Shown piece by piece: positions 59,320 through 64,000 of a stretch of DNA of 64,000 nt. Each line of letters opens with the position of its first letter. Position 1 is the stretch's first letter. The stretch covers positions 19,462 to 83,461 of the forward strand of contig JABHLH010000016.1 of assembly GCA_018692925.1 (NCBI GenBank), given 5' to 3'. The stretch comes from an archaeon. GTDB taxonomy: Archaea > Nanobdellota > Nanobdellia > SCGC-AAA011-G17 > GW2011-AR17. The translations under genes were made by a program, and so were the position numbers. The notes under the pieces are model-generated. The model had not been told where the DNA came from. It saw only the letters and a program-made list of their open reading frames with translations, and ran no database searches.

Positions 59320-60796
59320 CAACTATAGGTTGAGTTTCTGCTTCATCATAATAGAATATTGCTTTTTGTACAAACTGATCTCCTCTTGAAACAATTTCTT
59401 CAAATGCACAATCAGAAGTAAAAGCATCTGCCACTAAATACTTCGGATCATACTTTTCTATTACTTCATCCATCAAACTGACATCCATCCCGAAGGCATA
59501 ACCTTGTCTTTCAGCATAAGCTTGATAAACAACTACATAGCTACAAGCAACAAAATTATCTTCTAATTCCATATTTTCACTTAACCAATCACCAGCTTCT
59601 CTTTGCTGTTGAAACGAAGAACTACTTCCACCAATAGCTGCTTCAGCATAACTTAATTGTGCAAAAGCAAAGTAAGCTAACAACAATATAATCAAAATCA
59701 CAGAAAGATATTTAGCTTCTTTACTTTTTTCAGCAATATTTTTATCAATAACATCTTTCAACCAAAGTAAACCTTTACCTAAAAAATAAAACAATGCAAT
59801 AAATGCAGGAAACATATATCTTTGTTCTACATGTACAATTTCAATCCCTAAAGCAATAGGTACTATTAGTAACCAACCTAAAAATAAAACATCAAAATCT
59901 AACTTTTTTGTTTTTCTATTCCAAATTAAATCTAAAGAAAGTCCAACATCAATCAAACTTTTAATTAAACCTATCAAAAAGAAGATCATCATTCCTGTTA
60001 GAGCAACAGCTGGAAACACTTTAAAGAACCCTAAAATCCCAAAATCATATCCTTCTTCAATTTGTCCAGTCCCATGATATTGTATTAAACCAAATAATGG
60101 ATCTCCATGAACAATATAAGACCATAACAGCCAAGGTGCTAAAGCTAAAACGAAGGCTAAAACTCCATACCAAAAATTCTTATCTTTAAACATATCAAAC
60201 TTTTTTGTGAAAAATAAATAAACTAAAAATAGTGGAATAAGATACAATGGAATATAAAAACTCATAACAGCTAATGCAGTAAAAACTCCAGCCAACACAG
60301 AATCCTTCCAATTACTATTTTTACAACACCTGACAAAGAAATACATGGCCATTACACTAAACAACAAAGCAGCTTCATCTAATACAATTCTTATTGAAAA
60401 GAAAATATGTATCCAAGATATTGCAAGTAAGGCTGCCATAATCAAACCTAAATTTTTACTATGTGCTTCTTTACCTAATAAATATACAAACAATATTGTT
60501 AACACTGAAATCAAAACTTGAAAAAACTTTATAGAATACTCACCACCACCTAAAAATAAAATCGACCCCCATATTGCAGGCATTAATACAGGCCTTCTTT
60601 CAGCTACACCTTCTGGGTCTTCTAAATCATCAAAAGCTATACTTTCAGCTCTCAACAAATATTCCCCTTCATCATACCAAAGACCTTGATCAGAATATTC
60701 AGTCAAATAATCAAACCTTACAAAGAAAGCAAACACTAATATCAACAATAATAAAATTAGATGCCTATTTTGCCAAAGCTTCTCCTTCATACCCAT
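59300..60796 (-). CDS. GT-C fold polytopic glycosyltransferase (GT39/GT83-like)
   Basis: 498 aa with more than 10 TM helices. The first extracytoplasmic loop has WYDEGEY, the conserved DE motif of ArnT/PMT-type GT-C enzymes. Confidence 0.6.
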   Translation of the reverse strand: MGMKEKLWQNRHLILLLLILVFAFFVRFDYLTEYSDQGLWYDEGEYLLRAESIAFDDLEDPEGVAERRPVLMPAIWGSILFLGGGEYSIKFFQVLISVLTILFVYLLGKEAHSKNLGLIMAALLAISWIHIFFSIRIVLDEAALLFSVMAMYFFVRCCKNSNWKDSVLAGVFTALAVMSFYIPLYLIPLFLVYLFFTKKFDMFKDKNFWYGVLAFVLALAPWLLWSYIVHGDPLFGLIQYHGTGQIEEGYDFGILGFFKVFPAVALTGMMIFFLIGLIKSLIDVGLSLDLIWNRKTKKLDFDVLFLGWLLIVPIALGIEIVHVEQRYMFPAFIALFYFLGKGLLWLKDVIDKNIAEKSKEAKYLSVILIILLLAYFAFAQLSYAEAAIGGSSSSFQQQREAGDWLSENMELEDNFVACSYVVVYQAYAERQGYAFGMDVSLMDEVIEKYDPKYLVADAFTSDCAFEEIVSRGDQFVQKAIFYYDEAETQPIVVIYEVV

Positions 60797-60878
60797 TTGA
60801 AATAAAAACTCATTTAAAAATATTTAGTAAACCCAAACTTCGAAAACTATATAAGTTCAACATAAAAAATGAACTTTA

Positions 60879-61787
60879 ATGAAGCTAAGCATTATAATCC
60901 CAGCATATAATGAAGAAGACAATATTCTTCCCTTGTACAAAGAAATCCTAAAAAATATTCCCAAAAAATATTCTTACGAAATAATTTTCATTGATGATGG
61001 AAGCACAGATTCCACATTAAAAAATATCAAAGCAATTAAAGACAAAAACATTAAATCCATCTCTTTCAGAAAAAACTTTGGAAAGGCTGAAGGACTAAAC
61101 ACTGGTTTCAAAGAAGCAACTGGAGACATTATTATTACAATGGATGCTGACTTACAAGATAATCCAAAAGAAATTCCAAATTTTATTAAAAAAATTAATG
61201 AAGGTTACGATTTAGTTTCAGGTTGGAAATACAACCGATTAGATCCTTTAGGAAAAAGAGTACCTTCAAAATTATTCAACAAACTAACAAGAATTTTAAC
61301 AAGAGTTAATTTACACGATTTCAACTGTGGTTTCAAAGCTTACAAAAAAGAAGTTGCAAAATCATTAAAACTTTATGGAGAGATGCACCGTTACATTCCA
61401 GCAATGGCTTCTTGGCAAGGTTTCAAAGTTGGAGAAATCAAAGTGGATCATAGAGAAAGAGTACATGGAGTTAGTAAATATGGTTGGGAAAGATTGATCA
61501 AAGGTTTACTTGATCTTTGTACAATAACATTTCTAGGTTCATACCAAAGAAGTCCTTTACATTTATTTGGTACAATTGGTTTAGCTGCAACTGCAGAAGG
61601 AATTTTAATTGGTACTTATTTAACAATAAAATGGTTTGAAGGATATCCTCTTAGCAACAGACCTTTATTATTATTAGCAGTTTTGCTAATTGTTTTAGGA
61701 ATACAAATTTTATCTTTAGGTTTAATTGCAGAAATGATTAATTATAATAAATATTACAAAGAGAACGGTTCTAAAATAAAGAACTAA
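60879..61787 (+). CDS. GT2 glycosyltransferase with C-terminal TM helices (DPM-synthase-like)
   Basis: Motifs are LSIIIPAYNEE, IIFIDDGSTDST and MDADLQDNP. There are two C-terminal TM helices. Confidence 0.85.
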   Translation: MKLSIIIPAYNEEDNILPLYKEILKNIPKKYSYEIIFIDDGSTDSTLKNIKAIKDKNIKSISFRKNFGKAEGLNTGFKEATGDIIITMDADLQDNPKEIPNFIKKINEGYDLVSGWKYNRLDPLGKRVPSKLFNKLTRILTRVNLHDFNCGFKAYKKEVAKSLKLYGEMHRYIPAMASWQGFKVGEIKVDHRERVHGVSKYGWERLIKGLLDLCTITFLGSYQRSPLHLFGTIGLAATAEGILIGTYLTIKWFEGYPLSNRPLLLLAVLLIVLGIQILSLGLIAEMINYNKYYKENGSKIKN

Positions 61788-63019
61788 ACATGTTCAATAT
61801 CTGTATGATTAGAAATTTCTGAATTTACTGTACACAAATCATTTATAGAAAGTTTATGTACATCAATATTTCCTGTTAACCTTGCAAAATATTTTAATTC
61901 TTCTGTAGAAACACTCAAATAATTTTCTAATCTTTTTGCAGATAGATCTACTTTTAATCTTTTTCTCAATTCAGGATTTTGAGTTGCTACACCTACTGGA
62001 CAATTCCCTGTATTACAAATCCTATACTGTTGACAAGCACAAGCCATTAATGCTGCTGTACCGATTGCAATTGCATCTGCTCCAAGAGCTAAGGCTTTTG
62101 CAAAATCTGCAGAAGTTCTCAAACCACCTGTAATTACTAAAGAAATGTTCTTTGAATTTTTATCCAAAAACTTTCTTGCTCTATACAGTGCAAACAATGT
62201 TGGAATAGAACTTGCTGCTTTTAGAAGTTTAGGTGATGCTGCTGTTGCACCTGGCCTACCATCAATTGTAATAAAATCAGGTTTTGCATAAACTGCAACT
62301 TTCAAATCTTCCTCAATATTCCCTGCTGCAATTTTTATCCCTATAGGTTTACCACCTGATTTATTTCTTAACCAACTAATTTTTTTCTTCAAATCTTTTT
62401 TATTTTTTATATCTTTAAAATTTGCAGGACTAATAATATCTTCTCCTTCTCTTTTTCCTCTTATTTTAGCAATCTCTTTTGTAACTTTTTCTCCAGGAAG
62501 ATATGCACCCATTCCAGGTTTTGCTGATTGCCCTATTTTAATTTCTATTGCATCAACCCTTTTTAAATTTCTATCATTTACACTATATTCATTTGGAACA
62601 TACTCAAAAATATACTTGTAAGCATTTTTTCTAGACTCTTCTAAAATTCCACCTTCACCAGAACACATTACAGTTTTTACTGCAGCACTTCCTTTCGACA
62701 AAGCTAATTTTGCTTCTCTAGACAAAGCACCAAAAGACATATGTGTAATATAAATGGGAGTTTCAATAACTAAAGGAACTTTTGCTCTCTTTCCAATAAT
62801 TGTTCTAGTATTAACTTTTACATTTTCATTCACAGGAATTTTTGCTAACTGCGCACCTTTAATTAAAATATCATCCCAAGAAATAACTTCCTTCTTAGTT
62901 CTCATAGGTTCAATAATAGATTTACCAGAAATAGCAACTCTATGGATATCATCTATATGTTCTTCGATACCCTTACTATCTTTTTTCCACTTTCCTAAAT
63001 AATCTAAATTTTTAGCCAT
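61784..63019 (-). CDS. Archaeal-type glutamate synthase FMN-binding domain protein (GltB domain 2-like)
   Basis: PLVIETPIYITHMSFGALSREAKLALSKGSAAVKTVMCSGEGG and GADAIAIGTAALMACAC...CNTGNCPVGVATQNPEL match the Glu_synthase central (FMN/Fe-S) domain signatures. Confidence 0.85.
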   Translation of the reverse strand: MAKNLDYLGKWKKDSKGIEEHIDDIHRVAISGKSIIEPMRTKKEVISWDDILIKGAQLAKIPVNENVKVNTRTIIGKRAKVPLVIETPIYITHMSFGALSREAKLALSKGSAAVKTVMCSGEGGILEESRKNAYKYIFEYVPNEYSVNDRNLKRVDAIEIKIGQSAKPGMGAYLPGEKVTKEIAKIRGKREGEDIISPANFKDIKNKKDLKKKISWLRNKSGGKPIGIKIAAGNIEEDLKVAVYAKPDFITIDGRPGATAASPKLLKAASSIPTLFALYRARKFLDKNSKNISLVITGGLRTSADFAKALALGADAIAIGTAALMACACQQYRICNTGNCPVGVATQNPELRKRLKVDLSAKRLENYLSVSTEELKYFARLTGNIDVHKLSINDLCTVNSEISNHTDIEHV

Positions 63020-63025
63020 TAGATT

Positions 63026-63187
63026 TTATTTTTTCTTCATATGACTTTTATCTGATTTACAAATTGGACATGCCCAATCATCTGGAAAATCACTAGGACT
63101 AGTTCCAGCTGCAATTTTTAACTTTGCATCACCTTTTGCATCATCATATGTATAAGCCTTACAAACATCACACAAATATTCTGTCAT
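63026..63187 (-). CDS. Rubredoxin (53 aa, absent from the ORF track)
   Basis: The reverse-strand translation is MTEYLCDVCKAYTYDDAKGDAKLKIAAGTSPSDFPDDWACPICKSDKSHMKKK. This gives C-x2-C...C-P-x-C with the rubredoxin aromatic/Asp spacing. It lies 6 nt upstream of the GltB-like gene. Confidence 0.7.
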   Translation of the reverse strand: MTEYLCDVCKAYTYDDAKGDAKLKIAAGTSPSDFPDDWACPICKSDKSHMKKK

Positions 63188-63447
63188 TTTTTATTCTCCT
63201 TTGCAATTCCTTTTACACAATAATAATCTTCTGAAAATTTTCTCATTTTATATATTGGACAGGGTTTACAAATACATCCTTTCTTTTTTATTTTCATCTG
63301 ACTTTTTCCTCTACCACAATATAAAACAGAATCACATTTCCCATCACTACACTCAGGATAGCTTGGACACTTTTTACAAGTACACATTATAGAAAAAACA
63401 GACATCATTCCTCTTTTCATTAAACCGGGTTTATTTTCTTTTACCAT
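63184..63447 (-). CDS. Small cysteine-rich protein, putative metal/Fe-S binding
   Basis: 87 aa with about 12 Cys in C-x-C, C-x2-C and C-x-C-x2-C arrangements. It overlaps the rubredoxin start by 4 nt. Confidence 0.45.
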   Translation of the reverse strand: MVKENKPGLMKRGMMSVFSIMCTCKKCPSYPECSDGKCDSVLYCGRGKSQMKIKKKGCICKPCPIYKMRKFSEDYYCVKGIAKENKK

Positions 63448-63511
63448 TTAGATTACCTCTAATAATAAAACTATAGCTTATAATATTTATAAAAGTTCCT
63501 TAAAATAGAAT

Positions 63512-64000
63512 TTACTTACCAAATAACTTTTTACTCTTATCAAAACTTTTTTCTAATTGTTTATCAACAAAACTTTTTACTTTACTTTTCGGTTTATATG
63601 TTTGAACATTTGATCTTGCTGGAACATTAACTCTCATAGGTGCTCTTTGTTGTACAGGTTTTTGAACTTGCACAGGTTTACTTACAGGAGCTACAGCAGA
63701 ACTTTTTCCTTTTATTTTCAATAAACCTTTTTTATTTGCATACCAAACTCCTCCACCTAAAGCACCTAAAACTAAAATAAATATTAAAGCAAAAAATATA
63801 AAACTACTACCACCTGAATCATCAGAACTATTTGTTGTACTTGACAAACTACTTGAACTTAAACTAGAAATTTCCTCTTCTTCTTCCTCTACTTCTTCAA
63901 CAACTTCTACTACTTCTTCTTCACTATCTACAACACAAGTATTTCTTGAACAAGTAAAACCAGAATCACAATCACTATCACTAATACATTCAACCTCTAT
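63512..64000 (-). CDS. Partial CDS (N-terminus beyond the window end): type I membrane protein. It has a Cys-rich ectodomain, an acidic/Ser-rich stalk, a TM helix and a basic cytoplasmic tail.
   Basis: The track ORF begins at a TTG (63845-63847), but the reverse frame stays open to position 64000. It reads ...CDSGFTCSRNTCVVDSEEEVVEVVEEVEEEEEEISSLSSSS.... The TM helix is FIFFALIFILVLGALGGGVWYA. Confidence 0.5.
   Translation of the reverse strand: MEVECISDSDCDSGFTCSRNTCVVDSEEEVVEVVEEVEEEEEEISSLSSSSLSSTTNSSDDSGGSSFIFFALIFILVLGALGGGVWYANKKGLLKIKGKSSAVAPVSKPVQVQKPVQQRAPMRVNVPARSNVQTYKPKSKVKSFVDKQLEKSFDKSKKLFGK

Noticed and set aside
19519-61787. Complete N-glycosylation (Agl) pathway including the oligosaccharyltransferase
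   Set aside because: No WWDYG-containing AglB/STT3 homolog is present among the polytopic proteins. The island may rely on an OST encoded elsewhere, or on non-AglB transferases.
60574-63392. ORFs 60574..60879(+), 61936..62133(+), 62754..63002(+) and 63201..63392(+)
   Set aside because: They are antisense to the GT-C gene, the GltB-like gene and the Cys-rich gene.
1-64000. tRNA, rRNA or CRISPR arrays
   Set aside because: I scanned the intergenic regions. None contains GC-rich stem-capable segments of tRNA size, and there are no regular repeat-spacer arrays. All intergenic DNA is short and AT-rich.

Overview
This window is AT-rich archaeal DNA. CDC48, family-B DNA polymerase, FEN-1, aMBF1 and RlmE identify it as archaeal. 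The low GC and small, tightly packed genes suggest a DPANN-like lineage, but that is inference. The first ~19 kb is mostly housekeeping genes: Cdc48/VAT, PolB, a metallophosphoesterase, FEN-1, a histidine phosphatase, a Trm5/Taw2-like methyltransferase, RlmE/FtsJ, a HerA-like ATPase and aMBF1. Secreted and membrane proteins are interspersed. From ~19.5 kb to ~61.8 kb lies a large cell-surface glycan and surface-protein biosynthesis island. It contains GDP-mannose 4,6-dehydratase, five GT2 dolichol-phosphate-sugar-synthase-like transferases, three GT4 transferases and at least three GT-C-type polytopic transferases. It also contains a Wzx-like flippase, three paralogous B12-binding radical SAM enzymes and five SAM methyltransferases. 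Two CDP-alcohol phosphatidyltransferase modules are present, one split from and one fused to a methyltransferase. There is a tri-domain nucleotidyltransferase-kinase-nucleotidyltransferase protein and a nucleotidyltransferase-ParB/Srx-nucleotidyltransferase protein. Other island genes are a HAD phosphatase, a UPF0210 protein, two RelE/ParE toxin-antitoxin pairs, a 1051-aa sequon-dense surface (S-layer-like) protein and an E/K-tailed secreted protein. The 3' end carries a GltB-like FMN-domain protein, an unannotated rubredoxin and a Cys-rich small protein, apparently in one operon. I found no tRNA, rRNA or CRISPR arrays. The most unusual content is a predicted pathway for a nucleotide-activated, radical-SAM- and SAM-methylated phospho-alcohol or phospho-sugar decoration. 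It is encoded next to the surface glycoprotein it may modify.
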